From assembly GCF_009914755.1 (NCBI RefSeq), contig NC_060928.1: a stretch of 64,000 nt of DNA. One strand, given 5' to 3'. Position 1 is the first letter of the stretch. Every line of letters starts with the position of its first letter. Below are positions 41,590 through 54,100 of this stretch, one piece after another. The notes under the pieces were generated by a model that was given only the letters and a program-made list of their open reading frames with translations, did not search any database and was not told where the DNA came from. Both the position numbers and the translations under genes were made by a program. The stretch is from the human T2T-CHM13v2.0 reference genome, Homo sapiens.

Positions 41590-41760
41590 GGTTCAAATCC
41601 CAACATTTTCTAATTATATAACCTTGGGCAAATTTACTTAACCCAAGTCTAGTCTCAATTTGCTCACCTGTAAAACGGGGATGATAATCATACCTAACTA
41701 ATAGGATTGTATGTAAAGTGTTTAGCATGTCATTGGGACTCAATAAATGTTGGCTATTTT
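41590..41760 (+). mobile_element. MIR
   Basis: accttgggcaaatttacttaacc..gtctcaatttgctcacctgtaaaacggggatgataat. Confidence 0.85.
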
Positions 41761-42819
41761 CATCATGACTATTCCCTCAGAACCGTCGCCAGTATATCAG
41801 TGGGAAAAAGTGAGCATAATCTGTGAAAGAGAGTAGGTAGGAGAGCAATCATTAACTGTGCTCTCCAGTTACTCTTATCTGCTCCCAAGGGGTATAATGT
41901 GATGCTGTCTCTAAACACACCTGAGAAAGACACAAGATCCTGAGAACAGCACAAAGGCCTGATAATCCCTACAGAAGTCTTGTTTTAACCAGACTTAAAC
42001 CGTACACTCCAAAATTTAGGTCTGCATCTACATCTAATTAGTACACAGAAAAACAAACAACCTTACAACCAAGAGAAAAATGGCCAGGGGTCACTTGAAG
42101 AGAGCAATAGGATTAGATTTTTTTTTCCCCTCTATAACCATAGGTTATAGAATTTGCATCTTTCCCATCTCAGATTTAGCATTTCTTGGAACAAATTGTG
42201 CAAAACTATGTCAATTAGTTGATCCTCTGTGTTGATAAGGCTATACATTCATTCCTCAAATTTTTTGGCTTTGTGAGTCCAAAGCCACAACAGTGAAAAA
42301 TAATGTTTCACACCATTTTCCATAAAGTTAAGGATTCAAATACCTTGCCAGTGTTAAAATCTCATATTTGTAATATACCTGTTTCTCTAATTAACACAGC
42401 ACAGTCATTAATATACTATATTATGTTAGGAAGTCATAATTGCAGCCAAGCAGAAAATAATTACCATCTATCAGCCTTTATGCTTTACAAAAGCAAAATT
42501 ATTTTTCCTTTGTTGTAGAACTTCCCCAGGACAAATAATAGTTTTACAGTGGCAACACTTTCATTTCATGATCCAACTGCCAAATGTCTCTATAAAACTG
42601 TCATATATTCTTCTGAGCTCAACTCACATGCAGCTGTTTCAATTTTAAAATCTAATCAAAGAGCAAATACTTCTCATTCCATTGTGAACAGCTGGTAATA
42701 ACAACAGTGAAAAATATAGGGTCTCTTTCAAATGTGTCTCCATGTGAAAACAAGTTATTTCATATGTCTCTCAGGTCAGATCTATAAAACAATTCCTTGA
42801 AATTAATTCCTGTCAGCAA

Positions 42820-43900
42820 ACCTGTAATGAACACCCACTCTAATGTGTATTGTTGGACAATGTGCTCTTGGAGGTACACAGCACGTGCCCTCAGGCAGCT
42901 TATAGATCATTGGAAAACAAGACAAGTAAGGGGCACAAAGGGTTACAAATAACTGTAACACAAAGGCAGAATAAGATAAAGGCCTGAAAGAAAGATAAAC
43001 ATTGTTACAAGGTTCAGAGGCAGAACAATTCAAGATCATTTAATTAGATAGATTGGCATCATTGAATGCAATGAGAGGTCGGTAGCACTTCATCCAGCAA
43101 AGGGCTGGGCATTCCTGGCAATGGACACAACATTATCAAAGATCCTAATGCAAGAAAGCACATGATGTTTTGGGGTCAATAAGTAGTCCACTGTGCTTGA
43201 GTCAAGAATAGCCTCATGTAATGGACTTCTGTTGTTACTGCTATCCAGGATTCATTTATTTAGCTTCTAGGAACAGCCATATTTTTCTCACCATCCTTCT
43301 CCCTTCAGTGGTCCATAGGGTCTGAGTGACCCTATTTTGCTCCAAAGAGAGAAATGAGATTTTCATAGTACACTTAATTGCAATGACTGATGGAGGAGTG
43401 GGTAGGTAGCTTAATCTGCCCAATCAGCATTATTAGAGCTAATAGACAAGACCATTGCTATTGTCTTCTGCTAATGAACAAGGAAGTCTGTGACTCCCGG
43501 ATCTGCTGGCAATCATTTTGTAATGATAATGGGACCAACAATGAAGCAGACCAAGAGATGGCAAGAGAGAGGTCAGATCCTTCTACTGTAACTGCAGATA
43601 GGTGTGTCTGGCATGGATGCTTCAAGGGCATTTCAAACTCAATGTGTCCCAAAGCAAACTCTTTATCTCCCCATTATAATTCCCTTACCTATCCACCAAA
43701 ACAAATTATTTTGTGTTCTCCACACTTATCAATGGTGTTACCATACACCCAGTTATCCAAATTAAAAAGTTGAGAGTCAACCACAATTCCTCCTGCTCTG
43801 TAAATTCTACATTAGTCTGGATCGCCAACCCCTGAGGAGTCCATCTTAGTAATAACTTTCCATTCTCCCTCTCCATCCCTACACTCCTGCCTTCACGTCT
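42820..43900. mobile_element. Mosaic of degenerate L2 and MLT1-like fragments
   Basis: L2-like gtgccctcaggcagcttataga and gcatttcaaactcaatgtgtcccaaagcaaactc; MLT1-like 43215-43570. Confidence 0.5.
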
Positions 43901-43919
43901 CCCCAGAGGCCTCTGAGTC

Positions 43920-44165
43920 TGGAGATTAAGAATTTAATCTCTGCTGTCAGATAAATTAGGATTCACATTCCTACTTTGGTCCTTATTAATTCCAGGATCT
44001 TTAACAAGTTCCTTAATATCTCTAACCTCAGTTTGCTCTTCTGTAAAATGGGGATAGTAGTTATTCCTACCTGACAGTGTTGCAATTAGGATTATGTAAA
44101 ATTATATGTAAAAAGCTTAGAAGAGCATGTGACACAGAGTAAGCAACCATAAGTACTATTATTCT
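43920..44165 (+). mobile_element. MIR
   Basis: caagttccttaatatctctaacctcagtttgctcttctgtaaaatgggatagta. Confidence 0.85.
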
Positions 44166-44699
44166 TATTCTGATAATCTTCTAATTAATCTCTCTTCCTC
44201 CAAACCCTCATTATTTTTTATCCTCTAAATGATTTCCAGAGTTCTGTAAATATGTCACTTATCTGAATAAAAAATGTTGATGGTTCTTCTAGTTTGTTTC
44301 TTCAAGCTACACAGACACAATACATTGGCAAATTGTGGAATTAATTTACTTTGTCTAGCCACCATATAGTCTACTTGAAGAGAAAAGATATCAGAGTGTG
44401 GCACATGTGGTTGACTAGAATAGTTTGATGGAACACTTTCTTTCAGGTTGGTGTGTGCATGCACATGAAATTGCATGTATGTGTGAACGAGAGAGAGAGA
44501 GACTGGGTCACAATATAAAATGTCTTACTGTGGTCACGGTAAACAAATTGAAATCCATTGGCCTATGGAGTAGAGTCCAATTACCTCAGCATATCTCTTC
44601 ACCTCAGCATGCCTTTCAAGATAGTGATCCAAACAAAGTCTGCATAATGACTGCATTGGACCTCTTGCCATGTCTCAAAGGTACATTTCTATATCTCCT

Positions 44700-45575
44700 T
44701 GTTTTGTTTTACTTTTTAAATAAATTTTATTGAGGAAAAAAATTATACACAATAAAATGTACCCATTTTAAGTATACAACGTGGTAAGTTTTAACAAACA
44801 CAGGCAGTCACAATCCAGATATAGAATACTTCCATCACCCCAAAATGCTTACTCATGTCCATTTGCAGTCATTCACTCTCCAACCTCTGGCCCTAGGTCA
44901 CCACAGATCACCTTTCTGTTCACTGATTTTGTCCATTCTTGAATTTTATATAAATGGGACCATACAGCATGTATTCTTGTGTCTGGTGTCTTTCACTCAG
45001 CCTAATGTTTCCGAGATTCACCCATGCTGTTGGGTATATCATTTGTTTGTTTCCTTTTATTCATGAGGAATATTCCATTTTATGGATATACCATGATTTG
45101 TTTATCCATTTTCCTACTGAGGGACATTTGAGTTATTTGTAGTTTTTGTCTATTATGAATAAAGCTTCTAGGAAAACATATGTACAAATCTTTGTGTGGA
45201 TATATTTTCATTTCTCTTGGGTAAATATCTAGGAGTGGAATGGCTTGGTCTTCAGGAAAGTGTATAATTAACCCTATAAGAAACTGCCAAACAGTTTTCC
45301 AAAATGGCTATACTATTTTATATTCCCACCAGCATTGTATGAGGGTTCCAGTTGCTCTACTTCCTTGCCAGTCAGTACTTGATATTTAGGTCTCTTTAAT
45401 TTTAGCCATTCAAGTGGGTATACAGAGGCATCTCACTACAGTTTTAACTTGAGTTTTTCTCATGTCTAATGATGTTGAGCAACTTTTCATGTATCATTTT
45501 TGGTCATTCTTTTATCTTCTTTCATAAAATAGCCTTTCAAATAATTTGCCTATTTTTATTGGGTTGTCTTCTTAT
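44700..45575 (-). mobile_element. L1MB-like 3' fragment
   Basis: ttttattgag..aataaaatgtacccattttaagtataca; gggtaaatatctaggagtggaatggc. Confidence 0.85.
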
Positions 45576-46077
45576 ATATATCCTTCAAAAATGAAATATT
45601 TACATATTCCTCACTTGTTTTATGTGATTTCCTGTGTGTTTGATGACCATCCACTCTGTCTCTATCTGACATATTTTTTAAAGTCCGGCTCATAGGTCTC
45701 CTTCTCACTGGAGGCTTTTCCCTACCTCCCCAGTGACTACTTTCTCTGGGCCCTCACAACGTCTGGTTTCCACATTCCTCTGTAGTGGTCCTTACCAGAT
45801 TGCACCATAATTCAGGGTTACATCCTGAACCCTGATAGAATAGAGCCTCTATCCTTCCCTAGATTGTGAGCTCCTTGACAGCACAAGAGGATTAATTTTC
45901 TCCTTTGAATCTTCCCAGGGCTTACTAAAATATCCAGCATATTTAAGTACTCAGGCTTACCTGAGTACTTGGATGATTTAGATTCAGAAGCTAAGAGAAG
46001 GAATAGTGAATTATTGAGATTAAAGCCATGGAGGGGTGAGTATGACTTCAGAGTATTGTGGGAAAATATACAGGAAT

Positions 46078-46500
46078 TAATTCATTCATTCACTTATTTA
46101 ACAAATATTCATTTGGCTCTCACTGTGTACCAGACACCTTAGATGCTAGGATGCAGAGATATATGAGCTAGACCAAATCTCTGCTATGGAATAACTTAGC
46201 CTATAGCAAGAAAGACAGATCCATTACTCAAAAGTTAAAGTACAGTGTGACAAGTATGATGACCAGGGAAACCCAGGATGCTAAGGGAGCTCATAGCAAA
46301 ATCCCTAACTCAGGCATTGAAATCAAAGGGGACTTTCTAAAGAAGTGCTATCTAAGCTCTGACCTAAAGGATGCGTCAAAGTGGCTCAAGTCAAAAAACA
46401 ATAGAACAGCAGGTTATACAAAAGCCCTGAGATAACAAAGAAAAAGTTATTTCAGGGAATTGCAATAAGTGAGCAGAGCTAGAGAACTACTTTTTGGATA
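46078..46500 (-). mobile_element. L2 3'-end fragment
   Basis: ttcattcattcacttatttaacaaatattcattt..ctgtgtaccagacac. Confidence 0.75.
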
Positions 46501-46764
46501 TAGGAAATAACTACAGAGGAAATTGTTGGTGATAATTCCATGAAATTATCAACAGATACAAGATAAAGAATGCTTACAAATGTTTATTTTTGTCATGTGT
46601 GAGAATCTCTTTTTCATTCCCCCTCCACCATAATCCCACCTCTAACAACTACTTGTTTGATCTTGAGAAAATGAAACCTCTCTGTATCTGTTTCCTCATT
46701 TTTATCATGAAAAGAATAACTTCATAAAGTTGTGTGAAGTATGAACTAATGCAGGTAAAATACT

Positions 46765-47165
46765 GTGCCAGGAACTAGCTAGAAACTCACCAAATGTGTT
46801 ACTCCTCTTGGGCACAAACTCTGTTTTGCAGCAACCATATATCTAGGTGAGCCAAGTAACTAGTTATCAACAATAAGACATGACCCCAAGGGTTGGGTCA
46901 GTTTTGGGCTAAGGCAGTTAAGATTAGGTGTGCCTTTCTCATAATCTCTCACTCTTTCTTTTTATGGTAACTTTGGAGTACACATGTTGAATATTCACTA
47001 GGAAGAAGCCTGGTTCTCTGAATGACTGCATGGAACCACCCACACCTACCTTCTGCTTGCCTCATTGGCCTGTGACATGTGGTAGCAAAACAAAGAAAAA
47101 AGAAAAAAAACTTGTATTATATTAAAATACACAAAGGATTTGGGGTTGTTTGTTACAGGGGTTAT
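46765..47165. mobile_element. MaLR LTR (MLT1-type) within a MIR remnant
   Basis: gaagaagcctggttctctgaatgactgcatgga; gatttggggttgtttgttacag. Confidence 0.7.
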
Positions 47166-47197
47166 CCTATCCCAGTTTATTCAAACATTTAGCCCAA

Positions 47198-47494
47198 GCA
47201 AGGCACGGTGGCTCACACCTGTAATCCTGGCACTTTGGGAGGCCAAGGCAGGTGGATCATTTGAAGTCAGGAGTTTGAGACTAGACTGGCCAACATGGTG
47301 AAACCCCGTCTCTACCTAAAATACAAAAATTAGCCAGGTGTTGTGGCAGGTGCCTATAAACCCAGCTACTCAGGAGGCTGAGGTAGGAGAATCACTTGAA
47401 CCAGGAGGCAGAGGTTACAGTGAGCCAAGATGGTGCCACTGCACTCCAGCCTGGGTGACAAAGCAAGACTCCATCTCAAAAACAAAAAACAAAC
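47198..47494 (+). mobile_element. AluS, full length
   Basis: Alu consensus; TSD aaacatttagcccaa at 47183-47197 and 47495-47509. Confidence 0.95.
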
Positions 47495-47589
47495 AAACAT
47501 TTAGCCCAATGTTTAGTGTATATTAAGCATGTAAAACATGTCAGCTGAGGATGCTATAATTATTTGTTTGTTTTTTTTATTACATGAGA

Positions 47590-47850
47590 CAATATGAGAT
47601 AGTTATTCAGGCTCAAGCTCCGAAGTCAGACAGAATTGGGTCTGACTCCTGAATCTACATTTACCAATTTTGTTTGTTTCCTTGGCTAAGTGGCATAGTC
47701 TCTTGTGCTTATTTTACTTACTCATCTGCAAAATGAAGCTAATAACAGTGCCTACCTCATAAGGTCATGGTGAGCACTGAATGAGATAAAACATGCAAAT
47801 CTTTTGTAACACCCACACATAGTAAGTGCTCAGTAAGTGGGAGCTACTAA
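47590..47850 (+). mobile_element. MIR
   Basis: gaagtcagacaga..ctcatctgcaaaatgaagctaataacagtgcctacctcataagg..catagtaagtgctcagtaa. Confidence 0.85.
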
Positions 47851-50571
47851 ATAATATTGAGAATGGAATCTGATATTAGGGAACATTGAGGATTTGTTGC
47901 TGCATTTGTACTTCATGCAGTCACTCCAGGAATGTTGTTCTTAATGCATATCCGTAGTATTTTCAGGTCAGTAATTACTCTGACTGACAAAAATAATAAT
48001 GTGTTAACAGATCAGGCCTCCAGTGCTCATAAATTATTCTTTGTCTCTTTCCTCAGCAAGTCAGGGTTCAAGGGATTTGAGTTGTTATTGGCCTCCGAGG
48101 TTTTTCGATGGCTGGTTCTCACTGCTAATGCTCCTGGCATGCTCCATTTTCCCCAGTGCCACAAGTTGCAATCAACTCGTGCTGGCAGTTGACTTCTTTT
48201 AATATTTGTTGCTCCCTTTCTGCCTAGTACTTGTGGCTCTATCTTGACATGAAGCCATTCCTGTTATTGCCATTACTAACTAAATAGCCCTTGGACTCTA
48301 GCTGGGAAGCAGTACCATAAATTGCTTAGAGTTATCCTATTTCCTGCAAACAAAAATCCAGGCAGCTTTAGGCCCATTTTTACTTTATTATTTATACGGC
48401 CAGACCATTTATTGCAGGATACGGCCTCTCCCTGGGTTGAAGTAGGGAAATTATTCCATTTCCTATTGTAAATGGTGCAACTCCTGATTCAGCAGCCTCG
48501 ACAGGAGGCATACTTGGAATGGAAGAATTTGTACATTTGTTGCTGAAAGTACAAATTCATTATCTGTGCCCTATTCTTCTTTGGCACTTAAAACAGAGTG
48601 GGATAAAGAGACAGGTTTTCATATCTCTTTAGCCATTTGGTCAGGTTATTGCTGGAGAGAGAAAGATGAAGAGAGATAGTGTGGACAGCATAGATTCATT
48701 GTAATGGTCTATTGGTTCCACTTAGTGAAGGCCTATTAATTGCATAACATGCATCTGTATCTGTGTCTTTCAAATAACATTTCTAACCACCTGGAGAACT
48801 GCTAAGAAGGCACAGAGGGACATATAAAGAATGGGTGCAATTAGAAAATTACCATCGAGGATGGAGAAAGGTTTGAAGAAGGAGAAGGGAAAGATGCTCC
48901 TACTTCAATGCTGTAGGATTTTTTTTAATAGAAAAATACTCTGTTTAACTATGAAAGCCTTTTTTGTAAATTGCTACATGAGTAACAGTGGCTAAGGGAA
49001 GTAAATTCATCAGTGAAGGAGAGGGTGTATTGTGAAAAGTAGAAGGCGAGCTGGGAAATTTCTGATTGACTGAAAAGAAACTTTTATTTTTCTATTTTGA
49101 TAAAAATCTGCTACAATTACAGTTTTCATTCCTCTTTATTTCCCAGTGAAATTCCGTTTTAATGAAATGTGGAAATTAATAACTACTTGATATGTTTTAA
49201 CCCTTCCTAGTATCTTGTGTCCACTGAGAGACCCCAAACATCTCCTCTTGGCTGAGATTGTGCATCTCTGTGGAAGAGGAAACATCCTATTATCCCCATA
49301 AGAGAAGCTGTCAACTGGTGGAATACTTGTCATTTCCTGACAGTACCATTCATCTAGCATGTATTATTGCAGTATTATCTCCCTTAACAGACTATAAACT
49401 GCTAAAGAACAAAGGGATTTCTTTAAATGTACTGTTTTGACTATCATACCTAAGGAAAAAGGAAAATAAGTACCTGAAATTTTTGAAAATATTTAGGTTT
49501 ATATTTATTTGAGAGAAGAAAATGAATAGCAACAGATCTTTTCTATTTTTATTTTAGATTTACTATATTTTGCTCTGCTAAAAAAGGCAAAGGATTCAAT
49601 AAGAAGTATCTCTGTTTCTAGAACATTCTCAAGCAGAAGAAACAAGCTGGTTAGGAGGTAGTTTTTTTTCTGATGTGACCAGTTTGATGAAGTGGATTAG
49701 TGAGGATCAGCCTCTCTCCTCTGGTACAAAGGGACTGAGAAATCACTGGGAGAACCAGAAACTGGCCTCTGACTAGCACACTTCTCTCCTTCGGATGATG
49801 CTTTGAAAACTAAGTCAACTCTTTGGTTTCTGAATAGAAGCCCAGCAACAGATAAGTTGCAGTCCAAAAGGCTTGACGGATATGGCACCTATTGGTAGCC
49901 AGTTTCATTAAAGAAGGATACCTAGACAGCAAACTTATTTTACCTTGAGTCTAGAGGTGAATATTAAGGGAATAAGTGGTTGGTACCTCTACTTCAATCT
50001 TGGTCCTTCATATGCCCAATAAGTAAATAAGTCTCTGTTTCAGAAGTGTAAGTACTATCAGGAGTAATTAATTCCATTTTCTGTCCTGATAGTTGAGGCA
50101 CTGTCGTGGGCTATTTCTGCTACTAACCTGGGTCTTCTTATGAATCCAGAACAAGATTTAAGGGTAAAACTGTGGTGATAAGACCCAGGGAGGAAAAGGT
50201 CATGCTGTCTTAAGCTCCATGAAAAGCAATTATGAACAGCAACAGGCTATGACATTCAGGACATCAGTACTAGGGAATAGCACTTAGAATTAAGACTTGA
50301 ATTGGGTTTGTTAAAAGTATTGTACATGAAGACTTCCATAGTGTCTCTTATAGCTTATACTAGAAAGATTTTGACTAAGCCTAATGTACTACCAGCCAGG
50401 AACCACCTAATCTTATGCCATAATGTTATTTTGGACCGTGGATAACAGTCATATATGACTTTATTTTACTTATATCAACAAGCCTAGTATTTTATAGTTG
50501 TTAATTCAAAAGTACTTGTTAAATAAAATGGAATGGAACTAAATAGATCCTCTTGAAGAATCTAAAAATTA

Positions 50572-50731
<160 letters not shown>

Positions 50732-50996
50732 TTAGTGTATTTTCCATCGTATGACCATGCTTTGTGTGACTTTGTTATGGAGAAATGATACATTCAATTA
50801 GAAAATATATATACTTTGCCTTCCATCTACTGCAAGAGTGATCAAAATTGTTACCTTTGAGGAACAAGTTTTCAAAGGCAGGTTTGCTGTCATATACAAG
50901 ACATAGTGGAGAATCATAATTAAGTCATGTAATATCACTGATTAAACAAATGTATATCATGGAGACTAAAAGAAACATATTATATGATAGCCATTT

Positions 50997-51136
50997 CTGT
51001 AATTACAGCTACTTAAGAGGCTGAGGCCCAGGATTACTTGTGCCCAAAAATTTGAGGTTGCAGTGAGCTATAATTGTGCGACTGCACTCCAACCTGGGTG
51101 ACGGAGTGAGACCCTGTCTCTAAAAAAAAAGAAAAA
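50997..51136 (+). mobile_element. Alu right monomer (FRAM/AluJ-like), 5' truncated
   Basis: cagctact..gaggttgcagtgagctataatt..gagtgagaccctgtctc + poly(A). Confidence 0.85.
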
Positions 51137-51144
51137 GTGCTGCT

Positions 51145-54100
51145 GGGGTGAGGGTGACAGACAAGATACCTGACTAGACACAGCCAGGAAGTCTTGCTCC
51201 AACCAAAAGAATCCAAATTATCAAATAAACCACCATATTTTAGCAGATCTTTGGAGAGAAAATGCCAAGAGTGGATGGAGAGGCAATGGTGAAGCTGAGG
51301 CTGAAGTCGGAGGAAGCTGTGAACCCTGCATGGGGTACCTGAACACCAGGGCAAGTTTCTGGCCCAGAATGGCTTCTGGGAAAGGGGTGAGTGAGGGAAC
51401 TGGGGGACTGCTCACTTTTACCGTGGACCTCTGGGATCCTAGCTATAAGGGGACCCCACATCCCCCATGGATGTATGAGCTGGCAGGGGAAATCTCCCTG
51501 GGGTACAGGCAGAAATAGGTCTTCAGACAGTGTGGGGCCTGGGAGCTTTTGTGCATTGGGCAGCTCCAGCAGAGAGTGGCCATAGACACCCATCACCCAG
51601 GGCTCCTCATCCCCCTCCAGTAGGCACATGACCTAACTGTCCTCCAAGCCAGGAGAGAGTGGAGCCAGCTTCGCTGGGGGACTGGGACATCTGCTTGGTG
51701 ACGTCTTCTGCCTGGCAGCTCCTCCCAGGGCCCATGCCTAGCTGCCCTGTAGAAGTGAGTGCACAGCACAGCCCCTAAAGCCCAGCCTGAGTGCAGTGCT
51801 GCACCTGAGTACTTTCCCAGTGACCCAGGAGCACAATGGATCCCCTAGTGCAGCTAGAACCTGACTGCGAGCCACAAGGCATCCTGGTGCCCCAGGACTG
51901 TGGTGCACAGCTTGGAAGTATGAAGCCAAGATCTGTGGCCAGCACTAGAGCTGTGGAGGAGGCTGCACCCTCAGACCACTGAGAGGGGAGAGATGTGCAG
52001 GTTCTCAGGCCAGGGCAGAGTAGGGTGTGTGTCCTCCATAGGGCCAGTTTAGAAAGGTTATGGCATATCTCCCTGCTGCAGCTTCTACCTGACAGGGCCC
52101 CACAGCCCAGGAGACCTAACAAAAGAAGTGCACATGCAGTGCAAGTCTTCAGAGGGAGATCCACCAAGGCCCAGGAGTGGATCTGACGAGGGACCATCTC
52201 TCCCTCCACCACAACAACAACAGAGCATCACTGCAAAGACAAGGAAATACAAAAGAGCCCCATGGCTGGGTATTAACCCAGCTACCAGCCATTACACTTA
52301 ACTGCCATCTACTGGATCACAGTCCAAACTACAACAACAAAAATTATCCTGCTAATACATACACCTGTGAAACCAAGTTCAAGAATTCACCCACACATAA
52401 AGATACTGTACAGAGCCCTGGCCCTCTAAAAGCATTCATAAATGAAGCCAACTGACTATACTCAACTTTCACCACAATTAAAAGAACACCAACCCCACCC
52501 CCCTGACCACCAGATGAGAAGAAAAGAGTTCTGGCAATTCAAAAAGCCAGAATGTCCCCTTACTTCCAAATAAGTACACTAGCTCCCCAGCAATAGTTCT
52601 TAACCAGTCTAAAATGACTAGAATGATTGACATAAAGTTCAGATTCGATGGCAAGGAAGCCCATCAAAATTCAGGAGACAGTTAAAACCCAATCCAAGGA
52701 ATCCAGTAAAATGATCCAAGAGCTGAAAGAAAAAAAACTTTTAGTTTACTTTGGTTCTTTCTTAAAATAGCTATTTTTGAGGTTTGAAAACCTCACTGCA
52801 AGAATTTCATAATACAATTAAAAGTATTACCAGTGGAATAGACCAAGCTGAGGTAAGAATCCCAGAGCCTGAAGACTGGTTCTTTAAATCAATTCAGTCA
52901 GATGAAAATAAAGAAAAAAGAATTTTTTAAAAATGAATAAAACCTCTGAGAAATATGGGATTACGTAAAGAGAACAAATCTACAATTCATTAGCATTCCT
53001 GAGAGAGAAGAAAGAATAAGCAACTTGGAAACTATATTCGAGGATATAGTCCATGAAAACTTCCTTAATCTCACTAGGCACATTGACAGGCAAATCCAAG
53101 AAATGCAGAGAACCCCAGCTAGATACTATACAAGATGGCCAGCCCTAAGGCACGTGTTCACAAGATTCACCAAGGTCAATACAAAAGAAAAAAGCTTAAA
53201 GGCATCTAGACAGAAGGGTCAAGTCACATAAAGAGATAACCTCATCAGGCTAGCAGCAGACATCTAAGCAGAACTTGTATAAGTCAGAAGAGATTGAGGG
53301 CCTATTTTCAGCATCCTTAAAGGAAAGAAATTCCAATCAAGAATTTCTCCTAAACTTCATAAGTGAAGGAGAAGTAAAATCCTTCTCAGATGAGCAAATT
53401 CAGAGGGAATACATTTTACCTAGACCAGCCTTACAAAAAGATCCTTAAGGGATTGCTAAATATGGAATCAAAAGAATGACACTTGTTACCACAAAAACAC
53501 GCTTAAGCACATAGCTCACAGGCAGTATAAAGCACCTATACAATCAAGTCTATATAACAACCAGCTAACAATGCAATGACCTGATCAAAATCACACATAT
53601 CACTACTAACCATGAATGTAAATGGATTAAACAAACCACTTAAAAGTCACAGAGCGGCAAACTGCATAAAAAGACAAGACCCAACAATCTGTTGTCTTTA
53701 AGACACCCATCTCCCATGCAGTGACACCTACAGGCTCAAAGTAAAAGGATGGAAAAAGAGCTACCATGCAAACAAACAAACAAAAAAAAGAGCAGGAGTC
53801 GCTATTCTTATATCAGATAAAACAGTCATTAAACCAATAAAAATTAAGAAAAGCAATGAAGGACATCACATAATGATAAAGGGTACAATCCAACAAGAAA
53901 CTTAACTATTCTAAATATATACACACCCAACACTGGGGCACCCAGTTCATAAAACAATTTCTTCCTAACCTATGAAAAGACTTAGACAAGCACACAATAA
54001 TAGTGGGATACTTCAACACCCAATTGACAACATTAGACAGATCATCAAGCCAGAAAACTAACCAAAAGACCCTGGACTTAAACTTGACACTTGAGCAACT

